Assembly: GCA_054600435.1 (NCBI GenBank)
Contig: BAAIJX010000052.1
Span: 62,001 to 126,000 of the forward strand
Direction of reading: 5' to 3'
DNA: 64,000 bases
DNA from: Neophaeotheca triangularis
Taxonomy: Eukaryota
Shown here: piece by piece, positions 1 to 13,536 of the stretch
How the letters are laid out: each line of letters starts with the position of its first letter
Numbering within the stretch: the first letter of the stretch is position 1
Notes under the pieces: generated by a model
Seen by the model: only the letters and a program-made list of their open reading frames with translations
Database searches by the model: none
What the model was told of the DNA's origin: nothing
Position numbers and translations under genes: made by a program

Positions 1-912
1 GAGCGATAATATGGCTCCCGTGGTTACTCGGCTGTTGTATATGGGGGCTCCGACACATTTTCACGAACGTACAAAACTTTACTGGCGATCCATGGTTTGG
101 CAAGCGTGGTGTAGCGTGGCATGGCATGGCATGGTCTTTGGTCTTGCATTGTCTTTTTCTCTAGCGTTCTGACGAAAAAGCCAGCTTTTAGGGAGGGGGT
201 TTATCACATCATGTTATGGTTGGGCTGTTGCTCTCTGGGAAGCTCTTGGGTTGGTGTTTACGGTGCTTTGGATTAGGGTTGGACAGGGAATTTGGAAGAA
301 TGCAGGTTCTGCAAATAGAGATGGCTGGTTTGGGCTTTGCAGCCCTTATCTATATAGTAATCACATATCATGACTTGTTCTATGTATGTGTGTTGCTGTG
401 GCTGCTGTTTTGCTTGGGTTGGGCTGTTCGGTTGTGGGTGCTTGGATGGTTTTGCGCTCTAAAGATGAATTCATCCTACTCGTCGGACGTACTCACTGGC
501 CGTTGGCTATGCTGCTTGGTTAGTTAAGTCTCTAGGATTACATGTACAATGGAGATATGTGACGAAAGTATTGCAGAGAACGGAAAGGGAGTCACGGCGT
601 TTGAAAAAATCAAATGTTGCAGCTCAGACGGGTATCGGATACAGTATCTAGCTGCAGGTCCACTACCCCCATAGCCACAAGTCTCTTCACCCATCGCAGT
701 TCCCACGCTATGATAGTTCCAGCGGCCGAAGCCGGTAGAAAAGGACGACGCAGCAGTAAGGGGGTCGATAATGACATTCGTGACGAGGCTCCAGCGACAA
801 CAGCTGCGAGTCTTTCCTTCACCCTGCCCTAGCCATCCATATCCCCATACTCTCGCGACAGACCTGGCGGCCGAACCACCCGAGAAGACGAGACGAGAGA
901 AAAACGACGCGC

Positions 913-1450
913 TTAGTCGAACAGACCGAAGCCCATGTCGTCGTCGGACTCCTCCTTCTCTGCAGGCGAAGTCAGCGGTCCATTCTATCCACCGAAAACA
1001 GCCAGCAAGCAGTATGATGGCCATCTTGATCTTGCAAAACTCACCCTCTTCCTTCTTGGCCTCCTCCTTGGGGGCCTCCTCGGCGGCACCACCGGCAGCG
1101 GCACCAGCGGCGGGGGCAGCGGCGGCACCACCACCGGCACCGACGTTCATGAGCAGGTCCTTGACGTCCTTGCCCTCGAGGGCCTTGGCGAAGATCTGGG
1201 TCCAGATGGGCTCGACTTCGGTGATCTTGGCGGCCTGGATCAGGGACTGGAGCTTGTCGGCCTGGTTTAAGGGGAAAGAGAGAGTATTAGCAAGAGGTTC
1301 TGGAAGTGCGGTTACATCTCTTCGCCGGGTCTTCTTTGCTTGCGCTCAGGTGAAGTGGGAGAGGGGGGATATGCGACGTACAGTGATGTCGACACCGTCA
1401 TCCGCGAGGATGAGGGCGGCGTAGGAGGAAGCGAGCTCGGCGGTGGACAT
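913..1450 (-). CDS. RPP1: 60S acidic ribosomal protein P1; exons 1450-1382, 1261-1045, 959-913
   Basis: Spliced product [64 protein letters not shown]...[15 protein letters not shown]. The P-protein C-terminus is canonical and both introns are GT-AG. Confidence 0.97.
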
Positions 1451-1927
1451 GATTGCTGTGTTGTGGGAAGATGTGGTGACGAGATGCCTATTACGTTTCT
1501 TTGCGGGTACGTAGAGGACTTCTTCTCTTTTGATGGCTTGTCGGGTTGGAGGGCGCAAGAAGGAGGGGAGGGGAGGTTGGCTGGCCGTGTGCTGTTCTGG
1601 GATTTTTCGAGTGCGGTGCTGTTTCGGAATCTTGGCATTTTTGGGTCGTGGTTGCCTCAGGCAGACAGTCTCGCAGAGCCCTAGCTCTTTGATGATGCCG
1701 AATCCCGAGAGTCTAGGGAGTGAGCTCCCGTCACTGCCCCGCTGTCCGGCTGTCCGCTCTGGAACGCACTCCGCATCGCTCGCATCGCATCACAGCCACG
1801 TGCCTCATCTTGACCATGACTTGCCGCCTACCTCATTGACCCCTCCAAGCGTCCCAAGCATTCCACGATACCACTTGCCATCTCCCTTCAAACCGCCACT
1901 TTCATCTCCAACACATAACTCTCGACA

Positions 1928-3483
1928 ATGACAGACTCACCCGCCTACCGGCTCCCCCTCGACCCCAAAGAACAACCTATCCTCGACCGCATCCTCAACA
2001 TCCGCGACCAGCTCTCCATCCTCAAACAAGACCGCAGCACCTACGTCAAATCACAAGATGTCATCCGCCTGTACAATTCCCTCATCGAGCAAGTTGAAGT
2101 CCTCAATGGCATCCGCGTGCACAAGCGAGATGAACAGAACCGCGTCGATACGGTGCTCGACGACTGCTTCCAGCTCATATCCCTCTTCTTCCTCACCATA
2201 GGCCGCAATCAGGAGGCGCCCGCCGTGTACAGTGCCATTTCCACAGTCAAGCGTCTGCTCGATCACTTGTTCGAGGCGGGCTTCTACAGTCCAAAGGATT
2301 TGGAGAGCGTACGCTTCAATTTGGGGAAGTGGGAGGAGAGTATCACAAGAGGCAAGGAGAGTGGGGAGCATTCGCCGCATCTGATGACGCTGCTCGATGC
2401 CAGGCTGTATGTTTGTCAGATGAGGTTGAAGCAGTTGACGGACAACCTGTCGCAGCTGGATCCGCAAAACATGGGCACGTATGAGAAACTGGTGTCGATT
2501 CTAAGGAGCTTGAGTGCTTGCAATACTCGATCGAGGGTAGGCTGTTCGAAGGATTCTAGGTGATGCGGCCAAGTACTGACAAGAAGCAGTTCCCTCAGAA
2601 GGAGGTCAAGGAGTTTGAGGAGCAATTGCACCAGATTCAGGCCGATTTGAAAGAGAGCAACCCGTCACACGAAGGCCAAAGCGCAGAAGAGTTCTACGCC
2701 GAAAAGCTAGCCTCGCTGACCATCATGGACGGTCCACGCGACGGCAGAACTGTCGTAACATCACTGCTAGCAAGATGTCTACTCTGGTCGGAGATCATAC
2801 AAGAGAAGTAAGACACAAGGCCTTATCACCACTTATTCAAGAGCTAGTCTAACCTGCTTTAATCTCAAAGACAAGGTAAAATCGACGAACGGTTCCAAGA
2901 CACCTACGACAAACTTCACAAGCTCCGCAACTCCCTCGAGCAAATGAACCTCACCCAAGCCTGGTCCCTGCGCGAGACCGACCTCTACTCCTACCAACGT
3001 CAGCTCGATCGTGTGGACGAATCCCGCGTCGACGGCAACTTTGTCGACGATCAAGGCCAACCCGCCGACCTTCACGCACAAAGAACGCTACTCTACCTCC
3101 TCCGCAAATCTTACGCCTTCATCTACCAATACATCATCTCTTCCGAGCCCGTCTCCGAAGCGCTCCTACCAATCTACAACCAACTGCTGACCCTCAAGCG
3201 CTGTCTTGTGGAAGTCAAGCGAAGTGGTGGCGTCGACAGTCCTCGGGAACTCTACCCCTACAGCATGAAGCTCAACAGCATCGACAACATGAAGAAAGAT
3301 GGCAAGTTCATGATCGGCAATGATATCCCCGAGGGTCAGGGAAGCGTTACATCGTTGCTGGCGGAGTGTTTCGATCTGGCGTACGACTTGCGTACTGAGG
3401 CGCTTGAGCGGCAAGAGGAGGCCGAAGAGTCGGCGCAGCCGGAGCCGGTGGCTAATAGCGTTGGCGTGGGCTTTCACGACTAG
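1928..3483 (+). CDS. Conserved fungal protein of the UPF0662 / YPL260W (Cub1-like) family; introns 2537-2589 and 2808-2870
   Basis: Three ORFs join in frame across GT-AG introns. Motifs LTQAWSLRETDLYSYQRQL and RELYPYSMKLNSID are recalled from the YPL260W family. Confidence 0.82.
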
Positions 3484-3818
3484 ACAATCACGACAAGCAT
3501 TCCGTGTCTCTTTTGTTTCTGGGGGTCACTGGCGGGTTTTGCTGTTCTGGAAGCAGGGATGATGGTGATAGAGAAGGCTTCAAAATATTCTTGCTTTTGA
3601 CGCTTGGGGTATGCAGGAGCTCCCACGCCACCAAACGAACGACGAACTACATTTGCAAGGCGTTCTGGGACGAAGGCATGTGGGCGTTATCGGCCAAGCG
3701 GGAACAGAGACGAGCCAGGCCTCAACCGTCGAGTCTCACCCCCTTTTCCCCTGCTTGTACCAACATACTAGCGCCGTGCGATTAGTTGGAGTTTTGGAAG
3801 ACGAAGTAATGCTACTCT

Positions 3819-4696
3819 TCATGTATCCAGCTGTATTCTACCCAATACTTCCTCACCGCTCTCTCGCTCGGATTCGTCGATTTCTTTGCGGTCGGCGTCT
3901 TCAAAGGTTAGGTTGTCGCCGTAGGATATACCTGGAAAGTAGGCATTCGTTAGCAGGACCGGCACGCTATAGACATCTTCTATTGCCGACCACGCCCACG
4001 TATTCACATCACCAGTCAGCCAGCGAGCCAGCCGACTAAACCCAGCAAGATTAAAAAACAAAAAAGAATGGCCGCAAAAACTTCAAAATCAGGGGCGAGA
4101 CGAAAGCACTCACAAAGCTCTTCCCCCTCCCTCACATCTTTGAGCGTCCTGTACACGACAACCCCCCTCTCCACATCGCGAAACCACCCAACATTCTGCG
4201 CCAGCGTCGAATGGTTAAACATACTGCCCAACCCCAACACGACAGCCTGAGTTTTCACACCAGCCTTGGCCCCAGCATTGCCGTCGGCTTTCTTGTCGGG
4301 GCATTTCAGCGGCCAGTTATAAGTGTAGTGATACAGCTCCGTGCGCGCGATGTGGCGCTCGTTTTCTTCCGGATCCAGGACCAGGACGGGTGAGATCTCG
4401 ATGGTGGTGCTCGCGGGAATCGGGCGGGTTGCGAAGACGCCGCGGCCTGCAGGGGGTCAGGGGTTTGGTTAGTTGAGTGCGAATTTTTGCGGTTGGTGGT
4501 GGTGGTGGTGGTAGGGGTGGCGACGAAGGTTTGGGGTTCGGGTTGGGGTTGTTTCTGGTTTCTGGCTAGGGTCTGGATTGAGGGGAGTTGGTTTTCGCTG
4601 ACCTTTGGGTGTGTGGAGGATGAGTGCTATGGGGGCATCGCGCTCTAGGGGGATTGTGTCCTCTGGAGGGTTGGGTTGAGTTGAGTTTGTGACCAT
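3819..4696 (-). CDS. Small SET-domain lysine methyltransferase (similar to S. pombe Set7); introns 4602-4447 and 4113-3932
   Basis: SET motifs KGRGVFATRPIP, GLGSMFNHS and GEELCISYG appear after splicing. Confidence 0.9.
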
Positions 4697-5124
4697 TTGC
4701 CTAGAATTCTTTGCAAATCTCTATATATTCATGAGCCAGCCTGGCGCGATGAAAGTTGATAGATGAAGATCCAAGGAAATACTCGGGCACACTCCTGAAC
4801 AAAGGAAATAAACCCGACAAAAGAAGATAGAGTTGTATACCAGAATGACAGTTATGTATGCTTCGTAGTAATGTTGACTAGAAGTCTCAGAGACATGAAG
4901 AAGGCAGCATCATTATCGGCCCCCAAACCAGAAACTTTTGTATGCATGCACTTTCCGCGCTGGGGACAGCTCCAGTGGGGCTCCGTTTCAACTCCAGCTT
5001 TCCCTTCCGGCAATACATCCCTCAGCTCCCCGACCACCCTCCTACTCATAGCTACAATGCAACGAACACGATAACGAGCACCACAAGCCTCGACGCCCCG
5101 TATCCCATTTAGGCAGATTAAACC

Positions 5125-6162
5125 ATGTCCCACGCCCGTGCCCGCTCAGGCACAACAACCTCCTCCACAACCACAACCACCGACCCCCACCCGGTCTCTC
5201 TCAAAGTCCTCCGCCTCTCCCGCCCCTCCTTAGCAGCGCAAACCCCCCTCCCACGCACCAACTTTAATAAGTCCGACCCCTCCGACCCCGAAACCAATCA
5301 CAGTCTCGACATCGCGCCCTCAGCCTCGGTAGCCTATCCCTCGGCCGTAAAGTCTTCGAAACAAACCCACAATGCCATCGAAGAGCCGAGCGCGACTTTC
5401 CCACTCACACCGCTCTTGACTCTCCCGCCTGCTTTCGGCGCCGCGTACGTGGGCGAGACTTTCAGCTGTGCGCTTTGCGTCAATGACGAGAGCCTGAGCG
5501 ATGAGGAGGACGGCAGTGCGCGGAAAGCAAGCGCCGTGCGCATCGAGGCGCGATTGCAAACGCCCGGGAACCGCGAAGGAATGGAGCTGGAGCTTGAAGG
5601 GGAGGGAGAGGGGTTTGAGCAAGCTGGGGGCACGTTGCAGAGGGTTTTGCGGTGTGAATTGCGCGAGGAGGGGCCGCATGTTTTGGCGGTTTCTGTGAGT
5701 TATACGGAAATTGGGGGTGATGCTGGGGGGGAGGGAAGGAGCAGGACGTTTAGGAAGTTGTATCAGTTTGTTGCGCAACAGCTTGTGGCTGTAAGGTCGA
5801 AGATTACGACTGTGAAGAGTAGGGCGGGTGAGAGCGGGGAGGGGAGGAAGTGGGTGCTGGAGGCGCAGATGCAGAATGTGGGGGATAGCTCTGTGGTGCT
5901 TGAGTCTTTGTGGTTGGAGGAGCGGGAAGGGTTGGGGAGTAGGGACTTTAATGGCGGTGTGGAGGCAGGGCCTTCGAGCAAGGAGGCTACGGTGCTGAAG
6001 CCGCAGGATGTTGAACAGGTCATGTGGTTGCTTGAGGAGGAAGAGAAGGTTATGGAAGAGGGTGCGAGGGTGCCCTTAGCGAGGCTCAACTTGAATTGGA
6101 GGGGTGCTATGGGAGAGAAGGGCAGTTTGACAACTGGATGGTTGACCAGCCGGGGCAGGTGA
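5125..6162 (+). CDS. TRAPPC13 / Trs65-like (DUF974) trafficking protein
   Basis: Intronless 345-aa ORF with HPVSLKVLRLSRPSL, LTLPPAFGAAYVGETFSC and FRKLYQF, typical of TRAPPC13. Confidence 0.88.
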   Translation: MSHARARSGTTTSSTTTTTDPHPVSLKVLRLSRPSLAAQTPLPRTNFNKSDPSDPETNHSLDIAPSASVAYPSAVKSSKQTHNAIEEPSATFPLTPLLTLPPAFGAAYVGETFSCALCVNDESLSDEEDGSARKASAVRIEARLQTPGNREGMELELEGEGEGFEQAGGTLQRVLRCELREEGPHVLAVSVSYTEIGGDAGGEGRSRTFRKLYQFVAQQLVAVRSKITTVKSRAGESGEGRKWVLEAQMQNVGDSSVVLESLWLEEREGLGSRDFNGGVEAGPSSKEATVLKPQDVEQVMWLLEEEEKVMEEGARVPLARLNLNWRGAMGEKGSLTTGWLTSRGR

Positions 6163-8243
6163 GAGATCGGACAACCTTGGGTGTTCTCCGAGGGAAGAAC
6201 ATTCTCTGTTACCCTCAGCTTGCAACGACAGCCTCCGGCGCGACTAGAACGTACACCTATGGACTGCGCGATCCGCAACGCTCGGATTGTTCCTACGCAG
6301 AGTACGTTACGGTGCACTTTGGACGTCTTCGAGCTTTACGATGACCGAGCACTACATCATAGAACTTCCGAGGCTTCTTGGGTTTCATCGTTGAAGATGC
6401 TGAAACCCTCGAAGACCCAAGGCATTGGCATTGACAGGCTGACAGCCAAGCACAGATCACGCAGGCGATCATGATACAAAAAGTCTGGGGGTGGCATCGC
6501 CGTCGATAATAAATGCGGAGCAGATTGCAAGGGTCCCGGCAACTTCGGCATGCCGTGAAAAGCGACAAGGCCCCCTGAACAGGGTGTTGAACGTGCTCTC
6601 TTGAGGCGCTGCATAAGGGATGCAGACCAAGACGAGGCTTTGGCAAATTCCGCAATGATGAGTATGCCGACCTACATAGCCCTAATAACCTTGGTGCAAG
6701 GTACCCGCCTCGGTGGTAGGAGAAATTTATAGGCTGATGAAACAGGGGGTCTCTGCTGATCTGGATCATGCAAGGAGAGGGAGCTCGAGGATGTATAATG
6801 TACGGTACGAGACTTTGATTGGGGAAAGGTAAGCGTCAAGGGTGAGCTGCGAGTTGAAAGTTCCTACAGGCCATCTGCACGCTTGCGACATGGTGATGTG
6901 GGCAGTAGAGTTTGCGCTCTTCTGCGAACACGTCTCCCACGTGAGAAGTAGTGCAAATCCGGTCTGTCCAACGGAGACAGACACTTGTTACCATCAACAC
7001 TCATCATCCCCTATGCAGTAATAACAGGAGTGAATAGTCAGTCAAGCGTGGGCAAGGTCGGACGGGAGTGCTCGGATAAAGCCTTGATACCCCTGTCGCA
7101 CCGTCGTCTTTAGCGTTTAGCCTTTGCGCCGGCTTGTCTAGTCGCAGCGACGGACCCTGAGCTGGCTTGATCTAAGCGCGGAAGAGTTCAGAGGATTATC
7201 GAGGGCACGTGAAGGCTGAAGACGGGAGAGCTGGTACCGTAACTTAGGTAAGTTGGGTAGTATCTTCGTGAATAAGGTAACTCCTTCGGGCCTCCAACGA
7301 GATTGTAATGATAGAGGAAAAAAGTAATACCTACCTAATCATGTTTTGAAAGTGGTCGAGCGTGAAGAAGTAGAAGAACGAAGAAGAAGCTCGCGCAATG
7401 GTGATAAGAACAATAATAATGCACGTCCATCGTATCCACCCCGGTCTCTTTTTGCATGCATGTATTTACTAGTAGCTGGAGTACTACTGCCGGAGGGGTT
7501 TCTGCGGCCTACCACCCAAGGTAAGGTACCTTGTCATTACCATGTAAGCTACGCGAAAACACCTGCGCTACTGTAAGGTAAGGTACCTATCTCCCACATA
7601 CCTCTACCTCTACCTCATGTACCTACTGCTAGTCACTCGTTAGCTAGCAATACCTCGCTTGCACCCACAACACACACCCTCGCCCCGACTTGACCCTCAC
7701 CGCACCTCCCACCATCACAACAGTCTGGACTTCGCTCCTCCATCTTTCCATACCACAACACACAATCTGACAAGCAAACGAGCCCCCAATCGGTCAATAA
7801 CCCGGATCGCCTCTTCTCTAGCTTTCCGGCTCACCCAAAGTCGGCGAGCCATTCCACGCAACGCGGCTGACAAACGCCGCTCCCATTGGAAACCTTCGGC
7901 CCAACACACGAAACCTCACTTTGCGCCGTAAACCTCACCTACGGCACGGCAGTTGACGCTGCAAAGGGACATTTAGTCTGTGCAACTCGACCCCTCGACA
8001 GTTAAGCGCAAGCCCGGCTGCTGTCCCTCGCAACACAAAACGCTCCCCATATTCAACCACCGGATAAGCGCATCTGTCCAAGGCTGTCACGGCCGCCTGC
8101 AGCTCAGAGCCTTCACCACCTTCTAAACACCGCTCGAGAGCAGACGCGGACTTTCTCGATGGTGTAAACTGCGGATTCGCCCTTACCACCCTTCGTGCTT
8201 CTTCTGCAGTGCTCCGGCACGTCCGCTCTCTTGGATAGTAGAT

Positions 8244-11200
8244 ATGGCGCCCAGAAACAAAACCAACGGCGCTACACCAAATGCCTCAGCCAACGCTACC
8301 GCCGATACCTCAGCCCCTTTGGCCGACTATTTCTTCATTGCTGGAATCGAGTCTTCACAAGTGTACGATGGGAAGCTTGCGCCAGAGGGGTTGCCAACTG
8401 CGCCTGTTGAGGATACAATAGAGGAGGACAGTGCCCTGGAAATCAACGGCGATGAGCGGCCAACCTCACCTGCCGGTCCCTCGGAAGCAGCTAAGAGGAG
8501 GTCAAGGTATAGTTTTGAGGCGAGAAAGAGCATTGGGAGCATGATCAACATAGGAAGTGACCCTAAATCGCCGCCTAGCAACAGGAGCAGCACAACGATC
8601 AAGGCCTCGGAAGCGCCGCAAGTTGGAGGGTCTGGTCTTAGTGACGCCGACTTCGAACAAGCGCTCAAGAAGTTCGCCAACGAAAGGGAGAGCTTTATCG
8701 AAGACATCCACATCGCGGCGGGCACTGTCCCCACTCCAACGACAAGAAAGCCGAGACCTAAGACGGTGCGCATCACTCAAGACGAGAATGGCGCGGGAAG
8801 TGGTCTGAAGAACGGAGTCGGCAGTTTGAGGCGTCGTTTGTCCACCATGAACAGTATGAAGCGCCAGCCATCTGGCGTGAGCAAGCACTCCTCGGTGAGG
8901 ACCTCAAAGAGGATGAGTGGGTACAATTCCGTTATACCCGTACCCGAGCCTTTTAAGACATCTCCAGATATGCACCCCTTGAAGCGCAGATACGAACCGG
9001 TCCTACTCGATCGTTACCCGACCGAAGCCATGGTAGAAGAGACGAAGCGCCGCAACCCCTTCCCCGACTACGTGCCAATGTTCACCTTTCCCAACGATGT
9101 AAACGTCGTTTCCGCAGATGAGCGCCCCCGCTCGACATGGCACGGCTTCGCCATGACCAACAGCGACAATAGCAAGCTCCACGGTGTCTGCGTTGTTGTC
9201 TGGGTGCCCCTTAACGCGGATGCATCCGAGCAACTCGAACGACAGTGCGAGGAATGGCGTCGCGCCAATATGAGCGATGAGGAGCGTGAATTGGCTGGTT
9301 CCCTCGGCGAGAGGCTTTCGACGGAGAGAGCGAAGCTTAGTAGACTTCTGGCCGAGCTCCCTTCTGTTCCGTCTGGCAGCGAAGAGCGTGAGAAATTGGA
9401 GGAAGAGATCAGTGCAGTGGAGGAGAAGATCGGGCTCATGACCGACCTTCTCCGGCCCGTAAGACACGGAGCTGCGAGTAAGATTGACGGACTTACCGAA
9501 GGCGATACCGGATTCTGGATACCGAGAGCGTACGGAATCCTAGGTCGGGATGGCACCACGACGAGTTTCTGGAAAGAGTGGCTAAAGACTGTGGTGGTGC
9601 CCATGATGAACGGTGGCGTCCTGAGGGTACCGCCAAGCTCTCCAAAAGTTGGACTCTGGCAGCCGCTCGAACGCTACGTCGTCAATCTTTGCGTCGAGGC
9701 TCTGAGCCCGATCAATTCAATCACACAGGTCGAAGTCGGGATTAGAGAATTGCGACTCTACGCGCGAAAGGAGGCCATCAACGAGATTCCAGGATCGCGA
9801 AACACGGATCTATATGCGCTGTTCCGATGCCTCACGATACCAAACATCATCTTGTTGTTTGAATATGCGCTTTCGGAGTCGAGGATTATACTGCTCTCCT
9901 CGCACACTGCGATGCTGCATCTCGCGTGCAATGCTTTGACTAGTCTGCTGTATCCGTTGAAGTGGGCGGGTGTGCTCATACCAGTGCTACCAGCTCGCCT
10001 CATTCAGGCATTGGAAGCGCCGTGTCCGTACATAGCAGGCGTGGAACGGCGATATGAGAAGCTTGAGTTACCGGACGACGACTTTTGCTTGATTGATTTG
10101 GACGAGGACACCATAGAAAGCACGGGGCCGCCCGTGTCGCTCCCAAAGCCGCAAAGGCGAAAGCTTCAGGCTCTTCTGCAACTTGCCGCACCACATCACA
10201 ACCGATTTGGCGTGCCAGTTGGTCCACCAGCATACGCCGAAGAAACGTTTCCGCATGACGCCTTTTCGTCGGAGAACCCTCAGATCTTTAACTCAAGGGC
10301 GAACCCCTCGACGCTGGCCAACTATGTGAGCTCTAGCTCTACTACGTTCGGAGATGCCTCTAATGTCCCTCATCCGCGCACTTCGGTCTACAATGCTTTC
10401 AACACTGCCCGGACCGATGGCAGCCGTGGCAGCGACCGACCTTCGACGAGTTCAACTCATACCGGCAACAGCCAATCATCGTCTCAGTCACCACCTTCCC
10501 CAACGGCACCCTCGCCTGTCTCTACAACCTTCAGTACTAACCCCGTCAGTAGAAATGACAGCGCTTTCGCCTTGCAGGCATCTTTGCGCGAGAAGCGTTC
10601 CGGCCACTTCGACGGAGGAGGGCGTCGAAATTCTTCTGTAATGAATCTCCTCCATTTACGCAACCCGCTCAGTCGCACTAACTCGCATCCACAGTTTGGC
10701 CTTGAGCGTTTGAACACGATGCGTAGGCCTAGTCAGCCTATGGTAAGCCATCATCCAAGCAACTCCACAAGCACGCTTGGCAACGGAACAACTCCTAGCA
10801 CCTACGCACCAAGTGTGTATGCGCAAAGTACCTTGGCCGCTTCAACGGTCATGCCTGGGATGCTTGTGCAGCCAGTACGGGACAACGATACGACAAAGTG
10901 GGCAGAAGGGCATTGCCTGATGCGCAGCAAAGGCCACAAAGGCAGCAAAAATCTCTGCACAGTCTGCGACGAGCGATGCGACGAGGACCTCTTCAAGTGC
11001 AACGGTACGTCCCCCTTGACTACCCAGTCAACCCCCTTCCATTCAACTAACACCCCGCCCCAGGTTGTGGTATCGCCGTGCACCCCCGCTGCGTCCCCGC
11101 CGTCACCCTCGTCTGCCCCATTGCCTTCCGCGCCGACCAAGTCCGCGCCGCCTTTGTCCGTTGCTTCGCCTCCCTCTTTTACACCTACCGCCGCTTCCTC

Positions 11201-11692
11201 AACGCAGCCTCAGGCGAGCGCCGCAAAGCCGGCCTCGTCTACCACTTCAACATGGACGGCTTCATCAAGAGCATCCCTCACGGCGACAGCGAGTACATGG
11301 CCATGTTGCGGCAAACACAAGCTTTCAATGAATTCATCCACGAGCGCGAAGCCACGCGCGCCGAAGACCCGAGCATCAAGCTCTTCGACGAGATCATCTT
11401 GAGCAAGCGCAATCGCGGCCGGAGTTCCCTCTTCGGCAGCAGGGCGGCTACGAGTTTTCTGAGCGATACTAGCGATCATTTGTGGCGCTCGGCTGCTGCT
11501 ACGCCCCCGAGTCGTGGCGATGTTAAGAGCGTCACTAGTCGCGTGCCGGCGAAGTTGGATCCGGCGCTTATGAAGGAGCCCAGGAGTATTCAGGGCGTGC
11601 CGAGGATTCCGGCCGCGAGGACGAAGCGCAAACCCGTGGCTAGCATGTTGGGATTGAGCGTCAAGAGCGCTGACGGGGATGAGAGGGAGTAG
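8244..11692 (+). CDS. DENN-domain Rab GEF-like protein with a C1 zinc finger; introns 10638-10694 and 11005-11063
   Basis: Contains PLADYFFIAG, uDENN (PVLLDRYP...MFTFP), cDENN (ESRIILLSSH...LIPVLP...LEAPCPYIAG), a C1-like H...CxxC...CxxC...HxxC...C pattern and dDENN (AFVRCFASLFYTYRRF...QTQAFNEFI). Confidence 0.92.
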
Positions 11693-12475
11693 GGGGGAGG
11701 GTAGTGGAAATGGACAGCAATGTCGAACAGTCACGAAGCTGTGTGTTTTGTAGGCACAGAGGAGGCTGTTGCAAGGGGAAAGGTTGGGGCATCCTTGCAT
11801 CATAGTCTGCCTGGGTTGTCGTGAGCCAGTTCTGGCTTCGGTTGGTGTTTTGACAAGACCTCTCTTGGAAGCGACGGAGTTGATGTCTTTTGGGAACTTG
11901 AGCGTAGGCGCATTGGTGTTTTTATGACTAGGGGGGGTTCTTGAGGGCAACTTCTCCGACACTGTATTCTTATTTTTTTTTTGAAAAGAGGAACACGGAC
12001 AAGCGTGCTCGTGCCACTACGAACTGGGTGGCCACCCGTCTCTAGGACGATTGCTTGGAAAGGGCTGGGTGCTATGGGCTGGCTGGTGGGCATCTTTGGA
12101 CGTAGTTGGGAGAGCGCATAGAGAAGGCGCATCTTCTACTACTAGCCCGACTGGCCGTGTATTATTAGTTTTACCCAATCATCCTTCTCACGGGAAGTCG
12201 ACGGTCTGCTTCAGGTTTGAATGCAAGCAATAGCTTGTTTGAGGGTGCTTGAGTAGCTGGCTGGGTATCATTCAATCCACTCGCCTCCGGCCGAGCATTA
12301 GTCGCCCGCCCATCAAGCCCACCAACGAATCCGCCATCGAACTCCCCAAAACGCCCTTCGTCCCACAAAACCTCTGAACCCGGAAACCGCAAGCACGAAA
12401 AAACCCGCCCAACCTGTCTATACAAACGAGACTATCCTGTCATCGCCCGGGACCCCTATGGCTCGCCAGATCCCA

Positions 12476-13188
12476 TCACAAGTTCTCCCAAATCTCATCA
12501 GCATACGCGCCCTGCCTCAACTTCCTCGCCTCCAGATCCAGCACATTGACATCACCCTTTGCGGGATTCCGCACAACGGCTTGCGTAAAATCCCCGCTGG
12601 TTTGATCGTGCGTGGCCTCGATGCCTAGGGAGCGGTAGACTTGCAATTTCAACCTAAAACAAAATCACACGAACGCGTTAGCCAAAAGCGCAGCACCACG
12701 ACACAAAACCCACCTAAAAAAAACAAGAAACAGAAAAAAAAAAAAAAAGACAAAACTCACACATCCCCCTCCCTGCCCCCTTCTTCCCTCGACCCCCTCG
12801 ACCCCCCTTCAACCCCCTCCCGCTCCAACCCCTCCAAAACCCCCCTCAAAGCCCCCAGCTCCCCCTCCAACCTCTCCCCCTCAATCTCACCCTCACTAAC
12901 CCCCTTGGCAACCCGAAACTTCTCCGTATCCAACCTCAGCACCTCGGCCGCGTGCTTGCCGCCATCGTACCGCTCCTCTTCGAACCTGCGCTGGGCTTGC
13001 GAGTTGTGGAGCCGGCGCGAGAGGGCTGTGAGAGCGGTTTTTTGCGCTTGCAGGTTTTGGGCGCGCGTGCTCCGCAGCGTGTGCAGCGAGTTGTGGATTC
13101 GGGATAGCGAGTCTTTGTCTGGCGTTATGTGGAATTGCGTTGTCGTTTCGTGGATTAGGGTTACTGGGGATTCGTCGAAGAGGACCAT
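12476..13188 (-). CDS. SPC24: Ndc80-complex kinetochore subunit Spc24; intron 12760-12654
   Basis: MVLFDESPVTLIHET N-terminus and a coiled coil. Exon 2 gives VLKLQVYRSLGI...AVVRNPAKGDVNVLD...YADEIWENL, the Spc24 globular domain. Confidence 0.9.
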
Positions 13189-13536
13189 TTCTTTTCTTTT
13201 CTTCCTTTCTTTTTTTTTTTTTTTTGGTGGGTGTTGGTTGTTGGCTGTGAGGGTGGTTTTGCTAGGGGGTGAGTCGGTTTGTGATTTGCGTGTTGTGGTG
13301 AGGCGCGGTGGGGCGTGGTTGGGGTCTTGAGGTGTGGTTTGCGACTGGTGTGAAGGGTTGCCGTGTGAGTCGTTACGCTGGTGACTGCGATGGTAATGGT
13401 GGTTCTAGTGAAGACGCTGAATGTAAACAAAGTAAACAATTACCCCACACTCTGCAGTCGCGTTGCTGTGCCCATCAAGCTAGCGGCTCGGCGAGCGGCA
13501 GAGAGCTTCCCCTTAGCTCCCGAGGTCGTTAATTCG

